63,742 nucleotides of DNA, filler included, from Octopus bimaculoides (GCF_001194135.2; 6 parts of 6 records of this genome joined end to end with filler, not necessarily neighbours in it), one strand, 5' to 3'; shown: positions 1-12,567, numbered from the whole stretch's first letter. Notes: a model not told the origin generated them from the sequence alone. Translations and numbers: made by a program.

Positions 1-30
1 ATAGGCGTATATGTAGATAGATGGACAGAA

Positions 31-80
<50 letters not shown>

Positions 81-107
81 TCATGACTTAATAGAGAGGT
101 ACACACG

Positions 108-630
108 AAATTACTTTTATTTGATTACGAAAGCCATTATATTTACTGAAATTATGGTTTATAATAATAGACACTCAATTAAAACTAATATATATTTCAA
201 TAACATATATAATTAATTACTAAGACAAACAAACAAATATATTTAACCAAATAATTCAATAGTTACGCACAAACACTTGAGTTGTTGAATTTAGCCAATC
301 AAAATATTTTGTTTCTGTCTGAGTAGTCTTAGGTTTTGTTATTTTTCTTTTACCTGTCTTCTAGAATATTTGGTTTATATTCGTCTTCATTACCTCCTTC
401 CGTTTCCATAAGAGGTAGATTTGATTGGCTAATTTCAACAACTCAATTTCTGTGCATAATTGATAAATACATTGTTTGATTTTACTTGCTTTTAGTATTT
501 TGCTTTGTAATTAATTTCATCCATTATTAAAATATATATATTTTAGTTAATTGAATTTCTGTTATTCTAAACCATAATTTTGTAATACAACAATAGTTTT
601 AATAATCAAAAGAAAATGTAACAGATGTTT
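108..630. repeat. Imperfect ~200-bp inverted repeat (foldback/MITE-like)
   Basis: 108-303 (...gagttgttgaatttagccaatcaaa) is the reverse complement of 420-630 (tttgattggctaatttcaacaactc...). Confidence 0.8.
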
Positions 631-1205
631 GTTCTCTCAATACTGGCCAGTCTCTTGTTGGCTTTGGTCTCTAAAAATGACGTTTGCATCAGTTTCATCA
701 AACGTAACCTTGCATCAAGCTACATCCTTGTGAGGGAAAAATAATGCCGTTCTTACAATTACAATAAGAGCGTGTAATCCATTTTTATGACTGAAAACAA
801 AATAGCCTGAGCAATATTAATAATGAATACACTAAACTGGAGAAGTCTAAAATCGAATATTATTAAGCAGCATTATTTTTGAATGTACAATGTTATCAGA
901 GGAAAACATTCTGCGCTCCTGCAATTAGCCATTCACTATTTTACCTTTCTTTTTATTTTATAGAGTATGAACTCACAAAATACTAAGAACAAGAGTTAAG
1001 AGAGAAGATTTATATATAATGAACGTGATGGTGTTGTGATATTTTTTTGTCTTTGTGCATTCTATTGTTGTTGAACACTAAGTCATTCCTAATCCAGAAG
1101 ATCCTTACTCAAAAAATCTGTAGATGTTACTATGCTTGTGTTCAGACATGCAATATCATAGCACTACATTGGACAATAAATTCTCCTAGTTGTAAAGAGT
1201 ATGAC

Positions 1206-1211
1206 TCTCTA

Positions 1212-1297
<86 letters not shown>
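1206..1297. repeat. (CT)n microsatellite
   Basis: Direct inspection; also (GATA)n at about 31-80. Confidence 0.95.
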
Positions 1298-1307
<10 letters not shown>

Positions 1308-1311
1308 AGTC

Positions 1312-1524
1312 TTGCAAAACGCTGCTCCTCTAAATGGAAACCTTATAAGTCTTTGTGGTTTTGTGACGCGAAGCAAAGTAGGCCTTGCCGTCCACTCAAG
1401 GAAACATATATTGAATGATTCACAAACGTTCAAGCAATCTGAGGCCTCAACGTGTTCCCTTTGCCAAAAGGTTTGCAAGAAAGCATCAGGCATCAAGAGA
1501 CACCTTTGTGTCCAGAGGACATGA
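1312..1524 (+). mobile_element. Two decayed C2H2-like zinc fingers, probably the 3' end of an RTE-type LINE ORF
   Basis: LCGFVTRSKVGLAVHSRKH and CSLCQKVCKKASGIKRHLCVQ; each lacks one Zn ligand; no splice context. Confidence 0.45.
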
Positions 1525-1641
1525 TTAACCATTTATTTTACTGAACCCTCATATATATATGTATGTATGCATCTATGTATGTATTTATGTATGTGTGTAT
1601 GTATGTATATGTGTGCATATATATGCAAGTATATATGTATG

Positions 1642-1673
<32 letters not shown>

Positions 1674-1685
1674 CACATATACATA

Positions 1686-1741
1686 CAGGGTGTCCACATA
1701 TAAACGTGTATAAGGGATGACCACTCATCCCTTATACACGT
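1686..1741 (+). mobile_element. Tc1/mariner-like TIR start plus a perfect hairpin
   Basis: TA|CAGGGTGTCC followed by a 17-bp perfect inverted repeat (1704-1720 / 1725-1741). Confidence 0.5.
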
Positions 1742-3433
1742 GTAATAAAAAATTTTCTGAATTTTCAAGGTTTTTTTTTATTTGCTAGGCCACTTGGTTT
1801 TAAATTGAATTAATATTTAATATATCTATATATATATATATATATATATATGTTTATATTTATATATATTCATATAAAGAGATACGCCCTCTGACATTTA
1901 AACCCACTAAAATATTGGCTAACACGAAGCTAAATTAATGTAACAGTTGCTTAAATAGGACACGAAACTTTATGGTAGTGCAACGTACAGCTCACCCATT
2001 CAACTGCAGTCGTTCCTGCACCTCACCGCAACCCTCGATAGGCCTCGCCTGTTGCTTTTAAGGATGGTTCATTGTTTTGTTTCTAAGAAAACGGCGTTGC
2101 TGTAGGATGTTCTTCATTGAGGTTTTATGTATTCATAAAATATGTAATAGAATTTAGATGTCAGTAACGATAACCTACAGTGTTTCTATAATAATAAGTT
2201 CCCCTGTTAATTCCGGATAGGGACAAAAGATGTGAATTTCAAAGAGTCCAAGAAATCCCCCGAAGTTTATAACAAAAACATAGGATTGTCCAACTGGGTA
2301 CAGGGTGTACAATATGGAGATGGTAGACAAAGGAAAAGATTACTAAATGATCAAAGACCACACAGAAAAGGGATTGCCAATTACATTGAGTGTAAATGTA
2401 TGTGATTATATATATATAAAAAGATAATACATACAAACATAATATACATATTTGTGCATACGATTTTTATGATTAAACACGCACACACACACATATACAT
2501 ATATACACATATGTATACGCATATATGATTATACGTATATANNNNNNNNNNNNNNNNNNNNNNNNNNNNNNNNNNNNNNNNNNNNNNNNNNNNNNNNNNN
2601 NNNNNNNNNNNNNNNNNNNNNNNNNNNNNNNNNNNNNNNNNNNNNNNNNNNNNNNNNNNNNNNNNNNNNNNNNNNNNNNNNNNNNNNNNNNNNNNNNNNN
2701 NNNNNNNNNNNNNNNNNNNNNNNNNNNNNNNNNNNNNNNNNNNNNNNNNNNNNNNNNNNNNNNNNNNNNNNNNNNNNNNNNNNNNNNNNNNNNNNNNNNN
2801 NNNNNNNNNNNNNNNNNNNNNNNNNNNNNNNNNNNNNNNNNNNNNNNNNNNNNNNNNNNNNNNNNNNNNNNNNNNNNNNNNNNNNNNNNNNNNNNNNNNN
2901 NNNNNNNNNNNNNNNNNNNNNNNNNNNNNNNNNNNNNNNNNNNNNNNNNNNNNNNNNNNNNNNNNNNNNNNNNNNNNNNNNNNNNNNNNNNNNNNNNNNN
3001 NNNNNNNNNNNNNNNNNNNNNNNNNNNNNNNNNNNNNNNNNNNNNNNNNNNNNNNNNNNNNNNNNNNNNNNNNNNNNNNNNNNNNNNNNNNNNNNNNNNN
3101 NNNNNNNNNNNNNNNNNNNNNNNNNNNNNNNNNNNNNNNNNNNNNNNNNNNNNNNNNNNNNNNNNNNNNNNNNNNNNNNNNNNNNNNNNNNNNNNNNNNN
3201 NNNNNNNNNNNNNNNNNNNNNNNNNNNNNNNNNNNNNNNNNNNNNNNNNNNNNNNNNNNNNNNNNNNNNNNNNNNNNNNNNNNNNNNNNNNNNNNNNNNN
3301 NNNNNNNNNNNNNNNNNNNNNNNNNNNNNNNNNNNNNNNNNNNNNNNNNNNNNNNNNNNNNNNNNNNNNNNNNNNNNNNNNNNNNNNNNNNNNNNNNNNN
3401 NNNNNNNNNNNNNNNNNNNNNNNNNNNNNNNNN

Positions 3434-3536
3434 GAAGAAGAAGAAGAAGAAGAAGAAGAAGAAGAAGAAGAAGAAGAAGAAGAAGAAGAAGAAGAAGAAG
3501 AAGAAGAAGAAGAAGAAGAAGAAGAAGAAGAAGAAG
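3434..3536. repeat. (GAA)n microsatellite at a gap edge
   Basis: Direct inspection. Confidence 0.95.
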
Positions 3537-3899
3537 AGACGTAAATGGGGAGTCAGAAAGAGGCTGGAGAAATGAAGAGGAAGTGGAAGAGTGGCTGGAT
3601 GACGCTGATAGGGATGAGAGGCCGTGGGAAGTGGACGGGATAATTCCATTGGCCTGCGCATATTTTCGGTGCATTTGAATTTGGGGTTAACGTCGGGTAT
3701 ATTTTGGGTGTCAATTGAAGAACTAAAAGAAGTTATCAGCCGCGGCTGAACGGTAAGAAGTTTGCTTAGCAGCCACATGGACCCGCATTCAGACCCCACT
3801 GCGTCTCACCTTGGGCACGTGTCCCCTACCATAGACTCGGGGTGACCAACGCCTTGTGAGTGTATTTGGTAGAAGAAAATTGAATGAAACCTGCCGTAT

Positions 3900-5140
3900 A
3901 CTAGCAGGAGGATCAACAGAGAAACGATGCATCTGGAAACGGAAGCTGGTGACGTGTTTAAAGGTTCTTGACAGAAAGCACGAGACCAGAAAGTTCATGA
4001 GAGTCATGACCATAGAAATACTTATAGAAAAGACACAACGAAGCTACATTTCGCTGATGAGTCAATGACACCAGCTTAAGAGGAAGAAGAGAATCCACCA
4101 TGTTAATAATTCGATTCTGAATTTAAAAACAAGGCGATGGTAGGGAGTTCCGGAGAGGATCGATTTGAGGATAGAAGCTATTAGAATAAAAGGACTTATC
4201 TCTAACAAGAAGCTGAATCGAGAAATAATATGCCTGAGAAGAGAAGCAGGTGACATGCTTAAAGCTCTGAAAAGAAGGTACTAGACCAGAAAATTCGTTA
4301 GAGCAATGACTATGGGGGTATTTCTGGAAGAGCTGCCGTGGAGATAAATATATCCACAATGAGTCGAAGATTCCAAAGCCCAAACCAGTAGAAAGAACAG
4401 TAACTCGATTCTGAATTTGGAAAGAAGACGATGGTAATAGGTTCCAGAGAGCAGCAGTTTGAGAAAAGAAGCTATCAAAATTAAAGGATTTATGACTAAC
4501 AGGAAGGTCAACAGAGAAACGATGCACCTAAGACACGATGAAGATGCATTTTAAGAAGTAACTAAAGACTCTAATCCAGCTGTTGTTGTTGTTGGCACTC
4601 CGTCGCTTACGACGGAGAGGGTTCCAGTTAATCCGATCAACGGAACAGCTGCTCGTGAAATTAACGTGCAAGTGGCTGAGCACTCCACAGACACGTGTAG
4701 CCTTAACGTAGTTCTCGGGGATATTCAGCGTGACACAGTGCGACAAGGCTGACCCTTTGAATTACAGGCACAACAGAAAGAGGAAGTAAGAGTGAGAGAA
4801 GGTTGTGGTGAAAGAGTACAGCGGGGTTCGCCACTATCCCCTGCCGGAGCCTCGTGAAGCTTTTAGGTGTTTTCGCTCAATAAACACTCACAACGCCCGG
4901 TCTGGGAATCGAAACCGCGATCCTATGACCGCGAGTCCGCTGCCTTAACCACTGGGCCATTGCGCCTCCACTCTAATCCAGTAGAAAGAAGAACCACCAT
5001 GTTGGCAACTCGATTCTGAATTGGAAAACGAAACGATGGTAATGAGTTCCAGAGAGCAGCAGTTTGAAGAAAGAAGCTATTAGATAAATGTATGTCCTTA
5101 TTTGAGAAATGGATTCTTAATATGAGGTAGATTAGCATAT
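3900..5140 (-). mobile_element. Tandem array of CR1/Jockey-like LINE RT C-terminal segments, interrupted by a SINE
   Basis: Repeated IQNRV..MV...L.SLTHQRNVASLCLFYKY..GH.S.ELSGLV...HRFSV...SFF.QTAALWNSLPS units. Confidence 0.8.
4580..4970 (-). mobile_element. Full-length tRNA-derived SINE (family 1) with an 11-bp TSD
   Basis: Head GGAGGCGCAATGGCCCAGTGGTT (A box) and GGTTTCGATTCCC (B box); (CAA)n tail; TSD CTCTAATCCAG at 4569-4579 and 4971-4981. Confidence 0.93.
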
Positions 5141-5289
5141 GGGGGTGTTTGCTGTGTGTCTGAAAGTAGAGCTGACAGTAGAAAGGTGGTTTTATGTTTG
5201 GAATCGGTAGTATGAATATATCCAAGAATAAGTCGGACTTCCAAGACGACAGCCGTTTATTTTTGTGGATTTTTGTTTTATTGTTCTGT

Positions 5290-6150
5290 TATGATTGATA
5301 CTGATGACGCTTATGATGATGATGATGATGATGATGATGAGGATGATGATGATGATGATGATAGCAATGATGGTGTTGATGGTGGTGGGGGTGATGATGA
5401 TGATGACGATGATAATGATGACGATGACGATGATGATGATTGTGACGATAAGGAAGACGGTGGTGTTGGTAAATGTGGTGGAGAGTGGATGGGTGGCGGG
5501 CGGGAAGCTCTTGCTAAGTTTGCTGCTGCTGCCAGAGACGACAACGGAGTTGATGACAATGATGACGATGACAATGATGATGACGACGACGACGACGATG
5601 AGGAGGAGGAGGGGGAGGAGGAGGAGGAGAGGAAGAGGAGAGGAGGAGGAGGAGGAAAGCATTCTGATCTCCTTTCGCAGAAGAGCAAGTGAGAACATGT
5701 GCGATGATAGAGGCATGATGTGGGAGAATATAAAACACCGGGGTATTTGTGAGAGACAGAGAGAGATAGAGGGGGGAAAAAAGGAAAAGTGGGGAAGAAG
5801 TAGAGAGAGAGAGGGGGGGACGAGATGATGTGGAGAGCTGAGCAGATATCTGTTAATAATGGACCGAATTCTAAAGGGAGATGAGAATGAAGAGACAGGA
5901 AATATGATAGGTTCTGTGTGTGTGTGTGTGAGGAGAAGGAACTGAGAGACGGAGAGAGACAGACAGACAGAGAGAGACAGAGACAGAGATAAAAAGAGAG
6001 AGAGATAAGAAGAGATAGAGAGATAAAAAGAGAGAAAGAGCGAAGTGGGAGGAGAGAAATTAAAATAAAATTAGGAGACGTTGGAGAGTGAATGATTAAA
6101 ATATTTCGGATGCAATAAAGAAAATTAAGAAGGAAAGAGAGAGAGAAGGA

Positions 6151-6184
<34 letters not shown>

Positions 6185-6523
6185 GAGAGAGAGAGTGAGA
6201 GAGAGTGAGAGATAGAGAAAGTGAGAGAGAGAAAATGAGAGAAAATGAGAGAAAGTGATAGAGAGAGAGAGAGAAAATGAGAGAAAATGATTGAGAGAAA
6301 CAGAGATATGAGAGAAATGGAGAGAGCTGTGTGAGAAAGAAAGACTTGTGTAATTCTACGCATGTATGTATGCACTCAGATACATATATATATGTATATC
6401 TATATATATATGAGTGCGTTAGAGCCATACAACTTGAGTGTATGCATGAATGGGAATATACGAGGATAAATGTTAGTGTTTGCTCGTATGTGTGTGTGTG
6501 TGTGTGTGTGTTTAAAAGCAAGC

Positions 6524-6559
<36 letters not shown>

Positions 6560-6725
6560 ATGAAAGAAAGAAAGAAAGAATGAATGAAAGAATGAAAGAA
6601 AGAAAGAAAATGGCGAATAAGGGAAGAAACAAAAGGAGAGAAGTAGTAGAGAGAGAAGATAGAGCTAAGAGTGAGGAGCAAAAAGGAGAAAAATAATAAC
6701 TGTAAAGGTAGCACTTAAGGGAGCT

Positions 6726-6761
<36 letters not shown>

Positions 6762-6816
6762 TAGAGAGAGAGAGAGAGAGAGATTCTGTGTGTGTGTGTG
6801 TCGTAAAATGCATATG

Positions 6817-6847
<31 letters not shown>

Positions 6848-7934
6848 CTGCGTTTGTGCATGTGTCTAAGGGTGTACAGCGAACGTTAGAATTATGTCAC
6901 AATGTTCAGAATGCCAGCCGGCCCCTTAAAAACAATTAGGTCACACACACACACTCACACACTCACACACACATACACGAACACACGCTCACACGAACGA
7001 ACACAGATTCATTCATACACATACGCACACTTAGCCCCCACCACCACCAACTCCACCACCACCACCACTACCACTACCACCACCACCATTCCCATAGCAC
7101 AGATGTATACCAGCAACCACGTACGCGTTCGCACCCAATTTCACCCTCACACACACACACAAACATGGAATATACATTCAGTCACACCGATATGTGCACC
7201 GCACGCACGCATACATGCATACACACACCCAGATACACAGATACACGCAAACACACGCATATACAAACACACACACAAACACACACACACACCCACACAC
7301 ACACACACATACGCTCATACGTGCGCGTACACACTGGCGTGCGTTCATCCCGTAGACTAATACACACGAACATACAAACAAAAAAAATGCACGTATCCCG
7401 AAATTATAGATTTCAAAAATTGACATCATCATCACCGCTACCCCCACCACACCGCCACTACCACTACCACCACCACCACTACTACCACTACTACCACCAC
7501 TACCACCATCACCTTGATTCCCATCGCCATCATCAACATCATCATCATCACACCACAATGCTAACACAGCCTCCACTACGACCACCACGACCATCACCAT
7601 CACCACAACCACCACCAACAACAACAACCCCAATCACTAGTGATATTGCTATCGCCACCACCACCACCACCACCACCACCATCACTACCACCACCACCAC
7701 CATAATCACCATCATCATCATCACCGTCATCATAGCTATTCTAATTCTTCCATCACAATACCACCCGCACCGCGATCACTCTACTCACGACATTTTTACG
7801 AACTCCACCATCACTACCACCACCACCACCACCGCCACAACAACAACAACAACACCTCCACTACCTTCACCGTCACCACTACTCTCAACTTCCACTACCT
7901 CGCTACTGCCCCCTCCTCCCTCACCTATGCTGTA
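5290..7934. repeat. Compound simple-repeat tract: (GAT/GAC/GAG)n, (GA)n, (GAAA)n, (TG)n, (CA)n, (ACC/ACT)n
   Basis: Mosaic of di-, tri- and tetranucleotide runs; source of the poly-D/S/T/H ORFs. Confidence 0.9.
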
Positions 7935-8548
7935 NNNNNNNNNNNNNNNNNNNNNNNNNNNNNNNNNNNNNNNNNNNNNNNNNNNNNNNNNNNNNNNNNN
8001 NNNNNNNNNNNNNNNNNNNNNNNNNNNNNNNNNNNNNNNNNNNNNNNNNNNNNNNNNNNNNNNNNNNNNNNNNNNNNNNNNNNNNNNNNNNNNNNNNNNN
8101 NNNNNNNNNNNNNNNNNNNNNNNNNNNNNNNNNNNNNNNNNNNNNNNNNNNNNNNNNNNNNNNNNNNNNNNNNNNNNNNNNNNNNNNNNNNNNNNNNNNN
8201 NNNNNNNNNNNNNNNNNNNNNNNNNNNNNNNNNNNNNNNNNNNNNNNNNNNNNNNNNNNNNNNNNNNNNNNNNNNNNNNNNNNNNNNNNNNNNNNNNNNN
8301 NNNNNNNNNNNNNNNNNNNNNNNNNNNNNNNNNNNNNNNNNNNNNNNNNNNNNNNNNNNNNNNNNNNNNNNNNNNNNNNNNNNNNNNNNNNNNNNNNNNN
8401 NNNNNNNNNNNNNNNNNNNNNNNNNNNNNNNNNNNNNNNNNNNNNNNNNNNNNNNNNNNNNNNNNNNNNNNNNNNNNNNNNNNNNNNNNNNNNNNNNNNN
8501 NNNNNNNNNNNNNNNNNNNNNNTATATGTATCTATGTATGTACGTATG

Positions 8549-8589
<41 letters not shown>

Positions 8590-8730
8590 CTTTGTTTTGG
8601 CTGGGAGATTGGCAGACAGTTTGGCGTTGCATGATGGACGTATTGGCATGGTTCTTTATGAAATAAGGTAAAAAAAAAATGTTAAGTTACCTGAAGTTTT
8701 ATAAAGTTTTATTGCTTTATTTGTTAAATT

Positions 8731-8915
8731 CGAACTGCTGCTCTTTAGAACTCATTAGCATCGTCTGGTTTTGCAAATTCAAAGTCGAGTCGCTAACGTA
8801 GTGGATCCTCTTCTTTCTACTTGGTTGGAATCTTTGACTCATCGCCGAAATATATCTTCATTGTGTCTTTTCTATAAGTATTCTAACGATCGTCTGATGA
8901 ACTTTCTGGTCTAGT
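8731..8915 (+). mobile_element. Dispersed copy of the same LINE-tail unit
   Basis: TAAL*NSL...QIQSRVANVVDPLLSTWLESLTHRRNISSLCLFYKY..SDELSGLV. Confidence 0.8.
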
Positions 8916-9231
8916 ACGTTCTGTCTGAGTTTTGCCTGACAGAGGGTACTATTATCATTATTATCATTGTGTTATTATTATCATTGTTTATCATTTTGAA
9001 GTTTCAGGCAAATTTCAACTACGTCACCTGTGTGCAACATTGCGCGTTCTTTTTTGTTGTTGCGAGCGTACAAACTCTTCCCGGTATTGTCTTGTCTCAG
9101 TTTCTATTTTTCGCTGAGGGGTATGGTGCAGTCTTTTGTTGTATTAATGTTTGCATTGTGTGCTGTGTGTGTAATGTGTTAGATATCTGTTATATAATGT
9201 CGTGTTTCTTGATTGTTTTGTTTAGGTAGTA

Positions 9232-9446
9232 TTATTCACTTGATAGTGTTTTGCGTAGGATGTGGGCTGTTCCTAGCAGTGTTATTCTTATGGATAGAAT
9301 GTAGCGTTGAGGATTCAAGTATAGCTTCTACATTTTTGTTCATATGATTTTCTTTTCCTCGTGCCCAATGCTCCAATTATTACTGGTATTGTTTTCACGT
9401 TCGTGCCCCACATTTTAACTACTTCAATTTCGAGGTCTTTGTAGTT
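9232..9446 (-). mobile_element. RLE-clade (R4/HERO/NeSL-like) non-LTR element, C-terminal endonuclease end
   Basis: YKDLEIEVVKMWGTNVKTIPVIIGALGT...ITLLGTAHILRKTLSSE*, followed by a 3' UTR and a (TAA/TGA)-rich tail toward about 8945. Confidence 0.88.
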
Positions 9447-9545
9447 TGAAAACATTTCTCCACTTCTTTTTTGACAATATTTTGGTCAAAAGGGACTGCA
9501 ATGTCTTCCAATCCTTAATAATAATAATGATAATAATAATAATTA

Positions 9546-9601
<56 letters not shown>

Positions 9602-9879
9602 GTTGTTGTTGTTGTTGTTATTGTTGCTGTTGTTATAAGGTGGCAGCATTGTTAGCACGCCGGGCAAAATGCTTTGCGGTATTTCGTCCATCATTACGTT
9701 CTGAGTTCAAATTCTGCCGAGGCTGACTTTGCCTTTCAGTCTTTCGGGGTCTATAAATTAAGTACCAATGAAGCACTGGAGTCAATGTAATCTACTCATC
9801 CGCTCCTCCAAAATGGTTGCCCTTGTGGAAAAATTTGAAACTATTATTATTAAATATGGAACTTAAATATAGAACTGTA

Positions 9880-9959
<80 letters not shown>

Positions 9960-10069
9960 AGACGGTCAGCTGGCAGAATCGTTAAGCACGCCGGGTAAAA
10001 TGATTAGCGGTGTTTCTCCCGTCATTACGTTCAGTGTTCAAATTCTGCCTTGGTCAAGTTTACCATCAT

Positions 10070-10400
10070 ACAATGCCAAATTATCCGTCAATCTCCCAGC
10101 CAAAACAGCACCAACTACCACATTCTATAAGCAACCAGCCTCGAATTGCCATCATGTAATGACACTATACGTCAATTTCCTAGCCAAAATGAATAGGAGA
10201 GTTTTCTGCGGTTGCTTGTGGAATAAGGTAAAAGTTTTGTTTGGCTGGGAAAATGACAGATGATGCGCTGTTGCATGAAGGGGGCTTTGTGTTGGTGTTG
10301 TTTATAGAATGAGTAATTCGCAGATGGATTCGCTTTGCATGACATGGGTACGAGTGATGATTTAGCTGGGAAAAATGACGGAATAGCGTACCATTGCATC
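10070..10400. repeat. Foldback-like element with direct and inverted subrepeats
   Basis: cgtcaat.tccyagccaaaa occurs at about 10088 and 10170; its reverse complement (ggctgggaaaatgac) occurs at about 10242 and 10362. Confidence 0.65.
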
Positions 10401-11789
10401 ATGGGAGTTTTGGTATGACTGTTTCTGAAATGAGGTGAAAGTTCTGATTCGGCCGAGGTGGGATTTCATAGTCTATTATTGCATCGTGGGAAATTTGGTG
10501 TTATTCCTTACTGAATAAGGTGAATAAAAGTTTCGTTGCCAAATGGAAGCTTTGGTGTGGTCGTTTATGGAATGGGGTGAGTGGACTGGTTCGGATATCA
10601 TTGCATAACTGTTTTTATCATTATCGCCGTCCGTCGTCATCGTTGTTGTGGTTGTTGTTAACAGTGGTGGCAGCGGCGGCAGTTGCAACAGTGGGGATGG
10701 TGGTAGCAACGTTGTTGCTGTGCTTGTCGTTCTGTTAGTGTTGCTGATGATAAGGAAGCTCCTGCTGCTGTTTCTGCTGCTGCTGCTGATGATGATGAGG
10801 AGGAGGAGGAGGAGGAGGAGAAGGAAGAGGAGGACGAGGAAGAGGAGGACGAGGAGNNNNNNNNNNNNNNNNNNNNNNNNNNNNNNNNNNNNNNNNNNNN
10901 NNNNNNNNNNNNNNNNNNNNNNNNNNNNNNNNNNNNNNNNNNNNNNNNNNNNNNNNNNNNNNNNNNNNNNNNNNNNNNNNNNNNNNNNNNNNNNNNNNNN
11001 NNNNNNNNNNNNNNNNNNNNNNNNNNNNNNNNNNNNNNNNNNNNNNNNNNNNNNNNNNNNNNNNNNNNNNNNNNNNNNNNNNNNNNNNNNNNNNNNNNNN
11101 NNNNNNNNNNNNNNNNNNNNNNNNNNNNNNNNNNNNNNNNNNNNNNNNNNNNNNNNNNNNNNNNNNNNNNNNNNNNNNNNNNNNNNNNNNNNNNNNNNNN
11201 NNNNNNNNNNNNNNNNNNNNNNNNNNNNNNNNNNNNNNNNNNNNNNNNNNNNNNNNNNNNNNNNNNNNNNNNNNNNNNNNNNNNNNNNNNNNNNNNNNNN
11301 NNNNNNNNNNNNNNNNNNNNNNNNNNNNNNNNNNNNNNNNNNNNNNNNNNNNNNNNNNNNNNNNNNNNNNNNNNNNNNNNNNNNNNNNNNNNNNNNNNNN
11401 NNNNNNNNNNNNNNNNNNNNNNNNNNNNNNNNNNNNNNNNNNNNNNNNNNNNNNNNNNNNNNNNNNNNNNNNNNNNNNNNNNNNNNNNNNNNNNNNNNNN
11501 NNNNNNNNNNNNNNNNNNNNNNNNNNNNNNNNNNNNNNNNNNNNNNNNNNNNNNNNNNNNNNNNNNNNNNNNNNNNNNNNNNNNNNNNNNNNNNNNNNNN
11601 NNNNNNNNNNNNNNNNNNNNNNNNNNNNNNNNNNNNNNNNNNNNNNNNNNNNNNNNNNNNNNNNNNNNNNNNNNNNNNNNNNNNNNNNNNNNNNNNNAAT
11701 TAATGGGTGTGGAGTGCGAGCGGGGAGTGGGACGATTTGGGAAGAGTGGGGGATGGGGTTATCTTGAAAAAGTTCAAAGACACATTACC

Positions 11790-11827
11790 AGGAATAATAA
11801 TAATAATTACCTCCAGCAATAATAATG

Positions 11828-11882
<55 letters not shown>

Positions 11883-12421
11883 TCATGATGATGAGGAGGA
11901 GGACGAGATGGAGGAGGACGAGGAGGGGAAGGAGGAGAATGGTGGTGGTGGTGGTGATGATGACGAATGAGGATGGTGATGATGATGATGATCAGGAGGA
12001 GGATAATAATCATAAAAATATTATTGTTGATGATGACGATGAGGATGACGACGACGACGACGATGATGATGATGTTGATGATGATGATCATGATGATGAT
12101 GATGATGATGGTGACGATGAGAACGACGGCGACACCAATAATAAATAGGAAGCAATATGTCTCGAGTGGTCGCAACAACATCAAAAACAAAAGCAATCAC
12201 ATCTAACAACAGCATCAACAACAACAACAACAGTAAAACGAATAACAACAAGGACGACATCAATAGCGACAACAACAACAACAAAAACAACAACAACAAC
12301 AACAACAACAGCAACATCAATTACATCATATGTCACGACATGTTTGCAACGACAACACCAACAACAACAATCACATCAATAATTTAACAGGAACAATGAT
12401 ATCAAATATGACGAGAACAGT

Positions 12422-12456
<35 letters not shown>

Positions 12457-12560
12457 CGGCAGCTGCAGCAGCAGCAGCAGCAGCAACAACAATCATAATG
12501 AAATCAATAATGACGACAATAATGAAACGAACGATGACGTAAAACAATAACAGCAACAAC
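11790..12560. repeat. Compound trinucleotide tract (AAT, GAT, GAG, AAC, GCA)
   Basis: Direct inspection; similar tracts at 9520-9630, 9870-9960, 10600-10856, 16245-16800 and 27825-28075. Confidence 0.9.
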
Positions 12561-12567
12561 ATCGACA

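Noticed and set aside
625-744. 39-aa ORF with a signal-peptide-like start (MFVLSILASLLLALVS...)
   Set aside because: Overlaps the arm of the foldback repeat; short; no linked exons or homology recognised.
1047-1200. Cys-rich stretch ICRCYYACVQTC
   Set aside because: No recognisable domain or reliable splice pair; runs into (CT)n.
2381-3799. Long ORFs in the track spanning N runs (also 7165-8634, 10648-11703, 15640-16797, 23497-24654, 33221-34288 and others)
   Set aside because: Length comes from N (X) codons and microsatellites; no domain content.
4900-4970. tRNA-like sequence with A and B boxes (also 51660-51736, 12568-12640)
   Set aside because: These are SINE heads continuing into SINE bodies; no complete cloverleaf or terminator.
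5192-6714. Poly-D/E/S/M/L ORFs that mimic acidic or Ser-rich proteins
   Set aside because: Open in several frames because of trinucleotide repeats; no splice or homology signal.
8896-8910. CTGATGA motif resembling a hammerhead core
   Set aside because: It encodes S-D-E-L of the LINE fragment; no GAAA or stems in register.
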